Shown here: positions 9,718 to 18,542 of the stretch, one piece after another | How the letters are laid out: every line of letters begins with the position of its first letter | Position numbering within the stretch: position 1 is the stretch's first letter | Sequence record: DRR378314_795 | DNA length: 33,343 bases | Reading direction: 5' to 3' (one strand) | The notes under the pieces: model-generated | The model's input: the letters and a program-made list of their open reading frames with translations, nothing else | What the model was told of the DNA's origin: nothing | The model's database searches: none | Program-made: the position numbers and the translations under genes

Positions 9718-10515
9718 TCAGCGCGTCGGCGTGAACCGCAGCGACAGGCAGGACATGCCGCCGTCCAGCTTGGCAGCTTCGGAATTGCCGATTTCGCGCA
9801 CAGTGTATCCGGCTTCGATCAACCGATCCCGGGTGGCGGGGAAGCCCGCTGGCATCAGGACGAGATCGTTGAACCGGATGGTGTTTGCGGCGGCCTCTTC
9901 ACCCGGGGCGGTATAGATGACCTTGTACCCTTCAAAGCAGCCCGACGCGGCGAGACGCTCGGTCGCCAGCACGGTTTCGCCGTCCAGCAGCGAGCAATCG
10001 GTCTTGAAGTGCAAGACACCTTCGGGGGTGATGACCTCGCGCACGGTGTAGCCCCAATCGGCAACCAGCCCGCGCAGCTCTTCTATGCCGGCGGCATTTG
10101 TACGCGCCGAACGCCCGACGAGGATTTCGGTTTCCGTGGTCAGGATATCACCGCCCTCGATATAGCTGTCGGCGCCCGAAATCGCGCGCACATCGCCGTA
10201 GAGCGCCTTCAGATGTGGCGCCATCTCTGCCGCTTCGCCCAGACGGGACGGGGCGCCGGGCCGCATGACAATCGCCCCTTCACGCAGGCAGAGCGCGGTG
10301 TCCTCGACAAAAACCGCATCCGGATAGGCGTCCAAGGCGTCGAGCACGGTGACCTCCGCACCGGTGTCCTTCAGCGCCTGTACATAGTCGGCATGGTGGC
10401 TGTGGAACAGATCCAGATCCGGGGTGCCGACGTCCACGGCGCGCAGACCGTCAATGATGCTGGCGCTGGGTTTGCGGGAAATCGCGTGGGTGAAGCGGAA
10501 GGAGCGGTCCGTCAT
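9718..10515 (-). CDS. Dimethylargininase (DDAH)-like amidinotransferase-family hydrolase
   Basis: PDAVFVEDTA, IEGGD, LHFKT, KLDGGMSCLS: the Asp/Glu-His-Cys catalytic motifs of DDAH. Confidence 0.85.
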   Translation of the reverse strand: MTDRSFRFTHAISRKPSASIIDGLRAVDVGTPDLDLFHSHHADYVQALKDTGAEVTVLDALDAYPDAVFVEDTALCLREGAIVMRPGAPSRLGEAAEMAPHLKALYGDVRAISGADSYIEGGDILTTETEILVGRSARTNAAGIEELRGLVADWGYTVREVITPEGVLHFKTDCSLLDGETVLATERLAASGCFEGYKVIYTAPGEEAAANTIRFNDLVLMPAGFPATRDRLIEAGYTVREIGNSEAAKLDGGMSCLSLRFTPTR

Positions 10516-10552
10516 GAGGTAGTCCTTGTGTGTCGTCAGAGAAACAGATGTG

Positions 10553-11245
10553 TCAGGCGCTGCGCTGTGGCATCCGGCGTTCCATCATCCGGAAGGCAAT
10601 CACCAGCACGAACGTGAGGCAAAGGTAGATGAGCGCCACGAACAGCAATGGTTCGTAGATGCGATAGGTTTCCTGACGCACGATGCTGCCGACGCCATAG
10701 ACCTCGAAGACGGTGATGGTGGCGGCCAGCGGTGTGGCTTTCAGTGTCAGGATGAATTCCCCGGCCAGGGTGGGGAAGACGTTCTGCAAGGCGCGTGGCA
10801 ACCAGATCCGGCGCAGCACTTTGAACGGGCTCATCCCCATGGCGCGTGCGGCTTCCAACTCGCCGCGCGGAACGCTGCGGAAGGCACCGCGCATCACTTC
10901 GCCCTCATATCCCGCCACGCTCAGTGAAAAGGCCACGACGGCGTAGGGGAAGGCCTCGCGCAGAAGCGGCCAGATCATCGACTCGCGAATGCCCGGAATG
11001 AAGGGAAACAGCGATCCAAGGCCGTAGTAGATCAGCCAGAGCTGGATCAGAAGCGGCGTGCCCCGGATCACGGTGCAGAAGGCGCGCGCCGTCCAGGCCA
11101 GCGGCCAGGGGCCAGTGACCTGTGCAAGCCCGATCGGGATCGCCAGTGACATGCCGAAAAAGATCGAGAGACCCAGCAGTTGTAACGTCAGCCACAGACC
11201 TTCCAGGAAGCGGGGCGCGTATTCGGGTAGCCAATACCATTCCAT
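10553..11245 (-). CDS. Polar amino acid ABC permease (HisM-like)
   Basis: RGTPLLIQL, GELEAARAMGMS, LKATPLA. ATG 11245 is better spaced from AGGAGG than GTG 11248. Confidence 0.9.
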   Translation of the reverse strand: MEWYWLPEYAPRFLEGLWLTLQLLGLSIFFGMSLAIPIGLAQVTGPWPLAWTARAFCTVIRGTPLLIQLWLIYYGLGSLFPFIPGIRESMIWPLLREAFPYAVVAFSLSVAGYEGEVMRGAFRSVPRGELEAARAMGMSPFKVLRRIWLPRALQNVFPTLAGEFILTLKATPLAATITVFEVYGVGSIVRQETYRIYEPLLFVALIYLCLTFVLVIAFRMMERRMPQRSA

Positions 11246-11257
11246 CACGGGGCCTCC

Positions 11258-11971
11258 TTATGTCTGCGACGGCTGGCCGCGCCGCAGACGACGCTCCAGC
11301 AGGCCAAAACCGAGGGTGGAGACCAGCGTCACCGCCAGATACAGGCCGCCAGCCACCATGTAGAACATGAAATACTCTCGTGTCGCGCCAGCCGCCTGTC
11401 GGGTTTCCAGCGCCAATTCGCTAAAGCCCACAACGGCCAATAGCGCGGTGTCCTTGGTGGTGATCAGCCAGAGGTTCGACAGTCCAGGCAGCGCATAGGG
11501 CAGCATGATCGGCAGGGTGATCCGGCGCAGCACAGTAAGGGGCCGCAACCCCATGGCGCGCCCGGCCTCGACCTGTCCGTGCGGCACGGACTGAAAGGCG
11601 CCGCGAAACACTTCGGTTGAATAGGCGCCCTGCACCAGTCCGATCACGTAGATCCCGGCCCAGAGGCCGCTGATGTCCATGCGCTCCAGCCCCATGCTCT
11701 CGCGGACGATATTCAGCAGATCGGTGCCCGCGTAGTACAGCAGCAGGATCAGCACCAGCTCCGGGATCGCGCGGATCACGGTGGTATAAAACTCGAGCCC
11801 CCAGCGCAGCACCGGCCCGCCGTGCAGCTTTCCAAGCGCACCAAGCAATCCGATCACCAGCCCGAGCGCATAGGCCCCGACCGCGATCTGGAGTGTACGC
11901 AGGAGGCCCATCAGGAGGTTGCCCCCCCAGCCGGGCGGGCTCAGGGCGAGAAGATCGAATGCGCTGTCCAT
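11258..11971 (-). CDS. Polar amino acid ABC permease (HisQ-like)
   Basis: YTTVIRAIPEL, GQVEAGRAMGL, ALPGLSNLW, KDTAL. Confidence 0.9.
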   Translation of the reverse strand: MDSAFDLLALSPPGWGGNLLMGLLRTLQIAVGAYALGLVIGLLGALGKLHGGPVLRWGLEFYTTVIRAIPELVLILLLYYAGTDLLNIVRESMGLERMDISGLWAGIYVIGLVQGAYSTEVFRGAFQSVPHGQVEAGRAMGLRPLTVLRRITLPIMLPYALPGLSNLWLITTKDTALLAVVGFSELALETRQAAGATREYFMFYMVAGGLYLAVTLVSTLGFGLLERRLRRGQPSQT

Positions 11972-11994
11972 TGGGGATTTGGTCTTTCGTCAGT

Positions 11995-12029
11995 AAAAAT
12001 GCCGGGCCACCCGGATGAGGTGGCCCGGC
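11995..12029 (-). terminator. Intra-operon terminator/stabilising hairpin after the SBP gene
   Basis: Perfect 11-bp stem gccgggccacc (12001-12011) / ggtggcccggc (12019-12029), followed by ATTTTT on the minus strand. Confidence 0.7.
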
Positions 12030-12043
12030 CAGTACAGCGGGGA

Positions 12044-12814
12044 TCAGCCGCCGTAGATGTCGAAGTCGAAGTATTTGTCCGAAATCGCCTTGTAGGTGCC
12101 GTCGGCGCGGATCTTCTCGATTGCCGCGTTCATCTTGGCGTGCAGGTCGGTGTCGTCCTTGCGCATGCCTGCGCCCACACCGGGACCAAAGATGGCGACG
12201 TCGTTCAGCTCGGCCTTGACCTCGTAAGGCGCGCCTGCATCGCTTTTCAGAAAGTCCTGAAAGGCGAGACTGTCACCCACAACCGCGTCGATGCGGCCCG
12301 CAACCAGATCCTGGTTGTGCTCGTCAAAGGTGTTGTAGGTCTTCACGTCCGCGGTTTCGGCGAAATGCGCATCCACGTAGTTGGCATGGGTGGTGGACAC
12401 CTGAACACCGACATATTTGCCGTCCAGGCTGGCCGGGTCGCCGGTCATCTCCATGGACTTCGCACCCACCAGAACCGCCGGTGTGTTGTAGTACTTGTCG
12501 GAGAAGTCGATGGTTTTCAGCCGTTCTTCGGTGATCGACATGGACGCCATGATCACGTCGATCTTTTCCGACATCAGGGCAGGGATGATGCCGTCCCATG
12601 CGATGGGCGCGATCGTGCAGGTCTCTTCCATGGCCTCACACAGCGCGCCGATCATCTCGACTTCCCAGCCGGTCCAGCTGCCATCGGCGGTTTTTTCCGC
12701 AAACGGCGGATAGGGCTCTGCCGCGATGCCGATGGTGACATCGGCGCTGGCAAGCCCGGTGGACAGCATAAGGGTGGCGGTCGCGGTTGCAGCGAATGTG
12801 GTCAATGTTCTCAT
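12044..12814 (-). CDS. Polar amino acid ABC substrate-binding protein (HisJ/ArgT family)
   Basis: Signal peptide, EPYPPF, WDGIIPAL, SMSITEER, FSDKYY, ends FDFDIYGG. Confidence 0.92.
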   Translation of the reverse strand: MRTLTTFAATATATLMLSTGLASADVTIGIAAEPYPPFAEKTADGSWTGWEVEMIGALCEAMEETCTIAPIAWDGIIPALMSEKIDVIMASMSITEERLKTIDFSDKYYNTPAVLVGAKSMEMTGDPASLDGKYVGVQVSTTHANYVDAHFAETADVKTYNTFDEHNQDLVAGRIDAVVGDSLAFQDFLKSDAGAPYEVKAELNDVAIFGPGVGAGMRKDDTDLHAKMNAAIEKIRADGTYKAISDKYFDFDIYGG

Positions 12815-12858
12815 TGTGTTGAACTCCCGGTTTGGTGGTTTTGTTTTATGGTTTGGTC

Positions 12859-13641
12859 TTAGTGAACGGAGGCCACGAAGGCCCGGCAGCGATCACTGAG
12901 TGGGTCGCCGAAGACCTGCGCGGGCGGGCCTTCCTCTTCGATCTGCCCCTGATGCAGGTACAGAACGCGGCTTGAGACATCGCGGGCAAAGCGCATTTCA
13001 TGGGTGACCAGCAGCATGGTGCGGCCTTCGTCGGCCAGCTCGCGAATGACCTTCAGAACCTCGCCCACCAGCTCCGGATCAAGCGCCGATGTGGGTTCAT
13101 CAAACAGCATGACGCGCGGATCCATCGCCAACGCACGGGCAATCGCCACCCGCTGCTGTTGCCCGCCAGAGAGATAGGCAGGATAGGCGTCGCGCTTTTC
13201 CCAAAGGCCCACGCGGGCCAGATGCGCCTCGGCCCGGTCGGTGGCCTCGGCCCGGCTGAGGCCGAGAATCTGTACCGGCCCCTCGATCACATTCTGCAGC
13301 ACTGTCATGTGCTGCCACAGGTTGAACGATTGAAACACCATGCCGAGGCGGGAGCGGAACCCTTCAAGCTGACGGCGATTCTTCGGGACCAGACCGGTTC
13401 GCCCGGGTTTCAGGTCCAGTTCTTCGCCACCGAGAAAGATCTGTCCACTCGATGGGGTCTCCAACATGTTGATGCACCGCAGAAAGGTGCTTTTGCCAGA
13501 GCCGCTGGAGCCGATCAATGACACGACATCACCGTCCTTGGCACGGACCCCCACCCCCCGCAGTACATGCGCGGTGCCAAAATACTTGTGCAAATCGCGC
13601 ACTTCGATGGCGGGCGGTTGGGAAGGCGTGTCGTCTGGCAT
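12859..13641 (-). CDS. Polar amino acid ABC ATP-binding protein (HisP-like)
   Basis: GSSGSGKSTFLRCIN, LSGGQQQRVAIARAL, FDEPTSALDPELVGEVL. Confidence 0.93.
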   Translation of the reverse strand: MPDDTPSQPPAIEVRDLHKYFGTAHVLRGVGVRAKDGDVVSLIGSSGSGKSTFLRCINMLETPSSGQIFLGGEELDLKPGRTGLVPKNRRQLEGFRSRLGMVFQSFNLWQHMTVLQNVIEGPVQILGLSRAEATDRAEAHLARVGLWEKRDAYPAYLSGGQQQRVAIARALAMDPRVMLFDEPTSALDPELVGEVLKVIRELADEGRTMLLVTHEMRFARDVSSRVLYLHQGQIEEEGPPAQVFGDPLSDRCRAFVASVH

Positions 13642-13970
13642 CGGCTGGGTCCGTTGTTATGATCGTTTGGCGCCAGACTAGGTGTGTTACCGCCCGAAGG
13701 TCAACACTATTGCACGATTGTGCAGCCTGCGACCTCATAGATCGCCCATGGGTTGCGCAAGCTGCCTAGGTTCCCATCACCAAGGGGAGACACATGTTGG
13801 GGAGCTGCCGAGAGCAGGAAATCGGCGGAACGACAGCGTGTATGGGCTTGCCTGTATGAATGATGGCAACACGGCTTGGTGCCCCGAAGAGCCCGCTTCA
13901 TATTGTATGGCGGTGTTGTGATCGGATGCGAATGGGGACTGTGCCGAAAAACTTAGCGCAGGACGGGCAC

Positions 13971-14636
13971 TCAATCTCCGCCAGTATCGCTTTGGGGGCA
14001 TCGGGCATTGGGTGCGACATGTTCGCGGGCGGACATGTCGCGATCCAGAGCACAATCGTCTACATAACGGCGCAGCAACTCGGTGTAGAACTTCAATTCG
14101 ATCGCCTCATCCTCCGGCTTGCGTGTCTGCGGCCAGACGGTATGACGGTCTTGCAGGATCTGGTCGAGACGTGAGGCAATATTGGTAAGTGGCGCGGGGA
14201 TATTGTCCGGAGGCTGTGTCGGCATTTGATCACGGGCGGACAATGGACAATGCCGAAGAGGTGTAGGACGAAAGAAACGGCCTGCCACATTTCCGAAAGG
14301 CTGGACAACTCGGCTCGCTATGCCTTGCAGGGTCGCGCCAGCACTGCACGCCAGATTTCGGAGATACGCCACGACGGCATAGGCCAGAAATCTGACTACA
14401 TCACGGTCTGTCAGCACCGTCGGTGCCTCGACTGTACGGTCGATCAGGCCAAGCAGATACTCAGAAATATCAGGGTGGAACACGTCCGAGATGCTGCGCC
14501 CACCAGAAAATTGCAGTGCGGTCTTCAGCTCTCCATTGTGCAGGCTGACTGCGGCTACCGCCTGATCGCGACCATCAGCGGTATTGCGAATTTCCACGGT
14601 CATCATGTTCCGTGCGTATTCACTTACCTCGTACAC
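13971..14636 (-). CDS. Hypothetical protein, possibly degenerate PAS plus HisKA-like segments
   Basis: Longest ORF in a 1.3-kb gap, co-oriented with cheB-cheR; segments GRSISDVFHPD and APLTNIASRLDQIL. Start uncertain (GTG 14636 or ATG 14606/14603). Confidence 0.5.
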   Translation of the reverse strand: MYEVSEYARNMMTVEIRNTADGRDQAVAAVSLHNGELKTALQFSGGRSISDVFHPDISEYLLGLIDRTVEAPTVLTDRDVVRFLAYAVVAYLRNLACSAGATLQGIASRVVQPFGNVAGRFFRPTPLRHCPLSARDQMPTQPPDNIPAPLTNIASRLDQILQDRHTVWPQTRKPEDEAIELKFYTELLRRYVDDCALDRDMSAREHVAPNARCPQSDTGGD

Positions 14637-14929
14637 GACAGATTACCACCACATACCACTACACCATGCTAATACTCTATAGGTTGCATGCTCCAAAGCA
14701 AGTCTGGATATGGCGGGGCAATCTCGTTGCGATTGGCCGATGAAATCGTAAACTCATACTTTTTCTATAGAATGACGGGCGCTGGGGTTGAATGCACTGG
14801 TGTTTTCCTGCCTGCGCCCTCGCCGCTTTTGGTGGGCAACTCGCTCGCAGAAAATGGATGTTTTGTGTTATATTGATGGCGCCGAGGCTGTGCGTTTCGT
14901 GCAAAAGTTGCGTTTCTTGCCGCTGATCT

Positions 14930-17404
14930 TCAGAGTACGGTCACGATAACGCCGATCACATCCTGGGTCAGTCCCTTTGAAATCGGCGTGAAGGTCAGTG
15001 TCTTTACCGTCGTCTCTTCTCCGAAGGTCAGTGTTGTGCCCTCTTGCCTGTGCAAACAATCCGTTACGCGTGGCGCCAGCTGCGGAAGGCCGTTGCTATT
15101 GGTGCATTCGCTCAGATGTGTGCCGCGCCTTGGCAGGGAGCGCAGGCCGAAGAAACGCAGCGCCGCAGCAGAGGCATGGCGGATTTGTAGGGTCGGATCT
15201 ACCACCAATGTGGGGTAGGGCGTCGCCTTCAGAATTGCGGCGAGCTCGACGGACAGATGCTGCAACTCGGTGGAGTTGGTCTGCATTTCCTCATTGACGG
15301 TGATCAGCGCTTCGTTCGTTGCCTGCAGTTCCTCGTTTGAGGTTTCCAGCTCTTCGTTGGTCGCCTGGAGTTCCTCATTGGTGGCCTGCATTTCCTCGTT
15401 CACCGATTGCAACTCTTCGTTCGAGGTTTGCAGCTCCTCTATTGTCTGCTGCAGGGCGTCACGGGTCGTTGAGATCTCATCTTCGATCTGGCGCACATAG
15501 GTCAGATGCTCCTCGCTGCTCAGCTCCAGGGGGGATTGGCTGCGAGCCTGGCGACTGCGGGTCTCGATCGCAAAGAGCACATGGTGCTCGCCAGCGCCGT
15601 CGGCCAACAGCGGATAACACGTCAGCCGAACCTCCTCGAACCCGACACCGGATATGGCGTGCCAGCGGCCGTGTCGTATTGCTTCGCTGCGCAGGCTGAT
15701 GGTGATCAGGCTGGCGGCTTCGGCGCGGAGATCCGGTTTCAGGGCCTTCGTGGTCAGGCGCATCAGGGAGCTGTGTTCGTTCAGCCCGGCCACATGAGAA
15801 ATATCACCTATGATACGGATGATCTCGTTGAACCGGGTGGCGATGAACCCATTGGGGGCGAGCATGCGGACAAGCGTTTCGAACATGTCCGGAGCCAGTG
15901 GTTTTGACGGGCGTCGCAAGCTGGGCTGGACGCCGCGCTGGATTGTGCTTGTTGGCAGGATGTTGGCCGTCGGCTGCATGGGCTGGCGCAGGCCGCGCTT
16001 CGAGTAGAGCTTGTCCGGCAGAGATTGGGTTTCAAAATGCCCATGCATCGCACCGACGGTTTCGGATGTGCCGAGAAACAGCTTGCCACTGGGCACAAGA
16101 GCATAGGCCATGCGCGATAGCACTTTCTCCTGCAGGGCTGCCCCGAAATAGATCAGCAGATTACGCAAGCTGACCATGTCCATGTTGATAAAGGGCGGAT
16201 CCTGAATGATGTTGTGGCGCGAGAACAGCACGACCGCGCGCAGCTGCTTGTCCACTTCCAGCATGTCATCCCCGATATGGAAGTAGGGCTCGATGTAGGT
16301 GTGGGGCACATCATTCGCCGCCGAGAGCGGGTAGGCCCCGCGCCGTGCCACTTCCAGCGCCTGGGTGTCGATGTCCGTGGCAAAGATCTGGATGCGGTCC
16401 TTGGTCAGTTTCTCCAGCCCGCCAAGCGCCTCGGCAAAGAGGATCGCGATGGAATAGGCTTCCTCGCCTGTGGCGCAGCCTGCAACCCAGATTCGCAACT
16501 GGCGGTCGTGGCTGTCCGCCACCATGGCCCGGATGACCTTGGCCAGTTTGTTGAACTGTGACGGGTCGCGGAAGAAGCGGGTCACCGAGATCATCATGTC
16601 CTTGTAGAGCGAGTCGACCTCGCTTTCATCTGCGCGACAATGCTCGACGTAATTTTCGTAGTCGGTGACGCCCAGTGCCACCATTCGGCGGGCAATCCGG
16701 CGGTTGATGGTGGTTTCCTTGTAATCGCGAAAGTCCACGCCGGTGCGCGCCAATAGGATGTGATGGAGGTCCCTCAGCGTGCCGAAGCTGCTCGCCAGAT
16801 CTTGCAGGTCAGCAAGGCCACCGGAATCCGACAGGATGCTATCCAACTGTGGGCCGATCATGTCAGGTGACATTGTCAGGTCAATGCAGCCGGTGTGAAG
16901 CGCGGCCCAGGGCATGCCCTCGTATTTGGCCGATCCGGCCTCCTGCGCGATGGTGACACCGCCGACCTCGCGGATCGCCCGGACACCATAACTGCCATCA
17001 TTTCCGGTTCCGGAAAGAACAACTCCGATGCAGTGTTCACCGCATTCCTTGGCCAGGCTTTTGAACAATCGATCTGCCAGCGGTTTGGGCGTGCCGGGCG
17101 GGCCGCCCGGCTTGCGCAGGGCCAGCATGCCCCCGTCCAGAACGACATCGAAGTTTGGTGGCGTGATGTAGATCGTATCGGGTTGCGGTGAGATATCCTC
17201 GCTCGTCAGCTCGATGACCGGCAGTTCTGTCTCCCGATCAATCAGTGATGGCAGCAGGCTCCTGTGGGTCGGAGACATGTGTTGCACGACAATATAGCTG
17301 GCCCCGGCCTTCAACGGCAGGTGTTTCACCATCTGCGTGATCGCTTCCAACCCACCGGCAGATGCGGCGATCCCGATCATCACAGGTCGTTTTGCCTCGG
17401 CCAT
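14930..17404 (-). CDS. CheB methylesterase-CheR methyltransferase fusion with coiled coil and C-terminal PAS-like domain
   Basis: ATG 17404 after AGGAG. CheB triad motifs ASAGG, VVQHM, GTGNDG; CheR motifs TRFFRD, WVAGCATGEEAYS, ATDID, RNLLIYF; NEELQ heptads; 824 aa. Confidence 0.9.
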   Translation of the reverse strand: MAEAKRPVMIGIAASAGGLEAITQMVKHLPLKAGASYIVVQHMSPTHRSLLPSLIDRETELPVIELTSEDISPQPDTIYITPPNFDVVLDGGMLALRKPGGPPGTPKPLADRLFKSLAKECGEHCIGVVLSGTGNDGSYGVRAIREVGGVTIAQEAGSAKYEGMPWAALHTGCIDLTMSPDMIGPQLDSILSDSGGLADLQDLASSFGTLRDLHHILLARTGVDFRDYKETTINRRIARRMVALGVTDYENYVEHCRADESEVDSLYKDMMISVTRFFRDPSQFNKLAKVIRAMVADSHDRQLRIWVAGCATGEEAYSIAILFAEALGGLEKLTKDRIQIFATDIDTQALEVARRGAYPLSAANDVPHTYIEPYFHIGDDMLEVDKQLRAVVLFSRHNIIQDPPFINMDMVSLRNLLIYFGAALQEKVLSRMAYALVPSGKLFLGTSETVGAMHGHFETQSLPDKLYSKRGLRQPMQPTANILPTSTIQRGVQPSLRRPSKPLAPDMFETLVRMLAPNGFIATRFNEIIRIIGDISHVAGLNEHSSLMRLTTKALKPDLRAEAASLITISLRSEAIRHGRWHAISGVGFEEVRLTCYPLLADGAGEHHVLFAIETRSRQARSQSPLELSSEEHLTYVRQIEDEISTTRDALQQTIEELQTSNEELQSVNEEMQATNEELQATNEELETSNEELQATNEALITVNEEMQTNSTELQHLSVELAAILKATPYPTLVVDPTLQIRHASAAALRFFGLRSLPRRGTHLSECTNSNGLPQLAPRVTDCLHRQEGTTLTFGEETTVKTLTFTPISKGLTQDVIGVIVTVL
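15275..15442 (-). repeat. Eight coding 21-nt heptad repeats (xEE[LM][QE]xx coiled coil)
   Basis: IEELQTS-NEELQSV-NEEMQAT-NEELQAT-NEELETS-NEELQAT-NEALITV-NEEMQTN. Confidence 0.85.
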
Positions 17405-17701
17405 GTGCCGCACTCCTGCTCCTGCTTCGCAACGTTGCGCTGGTGCGGCGTCGCAATGTCGCCAGTATGGCGTGGTTTCGGATAAATGCCATTTCCTTGC
17501 GAGGCTGCCCAGAGGTGTCTCAGAATATTTTGCCCGATTTTCATCTGGATCCATCGCTTCATTAAGAGCAATGAGGCGGGGCAGCGAAGATGTATTTTAT
17601 GCTTGAAGCTTTTTTCTTGCGCTGAAGGAACCAGAGCAATACCGTTGCGCCAAACCGGCCCCAGGGGCGGCAACGGATCTCCGAAGGAAAGGTGCGCCAA
17701 G

Positions 17702-18541
17702 ATGAGCAACACACCCTATAATCCGGGGCAGGAGGGGGCAAAGATGGGCTTTGCCGATGCCATGTCCTATGGCGACTACCTGCATCTGGATGCGCTCCTC
17801 GACCAGCAGCATTGCAAGAGCGACGCTCATGACGAGATGCTGTTCATCATTCAGCACCAGACGAGCGAACTGTGGATGAAGCTGGCGCTGCACGAATTGC
17901 AGGCGGCGCGCGATGCACTGCAGCAGGGTCAGACGGCCGAGATGTTCAAGATGCTCGCCCGCGTCAGCCGCATCTTCGAGCAGCTCAACAGTGCTTGGGA
18001 CGTGCTGCGCACCATGACCCCCGCCGATTACACCCGCTTTCGCGAGGCGCTGGGCCCGTCGTCGGGGTTCCAGTCGCATCAGTACCGGCTGATCGAATAC
18101 GTGCTGGGCAACCGCAACCCCAACATGCTGCGCCCGCACGAACATGTCCCCGAGGTGCATGCGCTGCTCGCGGATGAGCTGGCACGGCCCAGTTTCTATG
18201 ACGAGGTGAACCGCTACCTCTACCAGACCCTCGACGGCCATACCGACAACATGCCGGAATTGCAGCTGGACGCGCCCCATGCGCTGAACGCCGAGATCCA
18301 GTCCCGCTGGCTGGAGGTCTATCAGGACATCGACAGCCATTGGACGCTCTATGAGATGGCCGAGAAACTGGTTGATCTCGAAGACTATTTCCGCCGCTGG
18401 CGCTTCAATCACGTCACCACGGTAGAACGCGTCATTGGCTTCAAACGCGGCACCGGCGGCACCTCCGGCGTGCAATATCTGCGCCGCATGCTGAGCGTCG
18501 AGCTGTTCCCCGAACTCTGGACCCTGAGAGGCGATCTCTGA
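17702..18541 (+). CDS. kynA: Tryptophan 2,3-dioxygenase
   Basis: YGDYLHLD, HDEMLFIIQHQTSELWMK, SSGFQSHQYR, WRFNHVTTVERVIGFKRGTGGTSG, FPELW. Confidence 0.96.
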   Translation: MSNTPYNPGQEGAKMGFADAMSYGDYLHLDALLDQQHCKSDAHDEMLFIIQHQTSELWMKLALHELQAARDALQQGQTAEMFKMLARVSRIFEQLNSAWDVLRTMTPADYTRFREALGPSSGFQSHQYRLIEYVLGNRNPNMLRPHEHVPEVHALLADELARPSFYDEVNRYLYQTLDGHTDNMPELQLDAPHALNAEIQSRWLEVYQDIDSHWTLYEMAEKLVDLEDYFRRWRFNHVTTVERVIGFKRGTGGTSGVQYLRRMLSVELFPELWTLRGDL

Positions 18542-18542
18542 C

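Noticed and set aside
13711-13724. NtrC binding site
   Set aside because: Half-sites match, but the spacer is 4 nt rather than the 7 nt of the NtrC consensus.
13794-13859. 21-codon plus-strand ORF MLGSCREQEIGGTTACMGLPV after GGGGAG
   Set aside because: RBS only 4 nt from the ATG, no recognisable features; cannot be supported from sequence alone.
13777-14055. Frameshifted HATPase continuation of the orphan ORF
   Set aside because: Alternative minus-strand frames show no N, G1 (DxGxG) or G2 boxes, so a simple frameshifted kinase is unsupported.
15275-15442. 21-nt periodic repeats as CRISPR or VNTR
   Set aside because: Degenerate, in-frame, no spacers and no cas genes; they encode a coiled coil.
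17405-17701. Overlapping N-terminal extensions of cheB-cheR (to 17554) and kynA (from 17486)
   Set aside because: RBS-supported starts at 17404 and 17702 coincide with the start of family similarity; the gap is a divergent promoter region.
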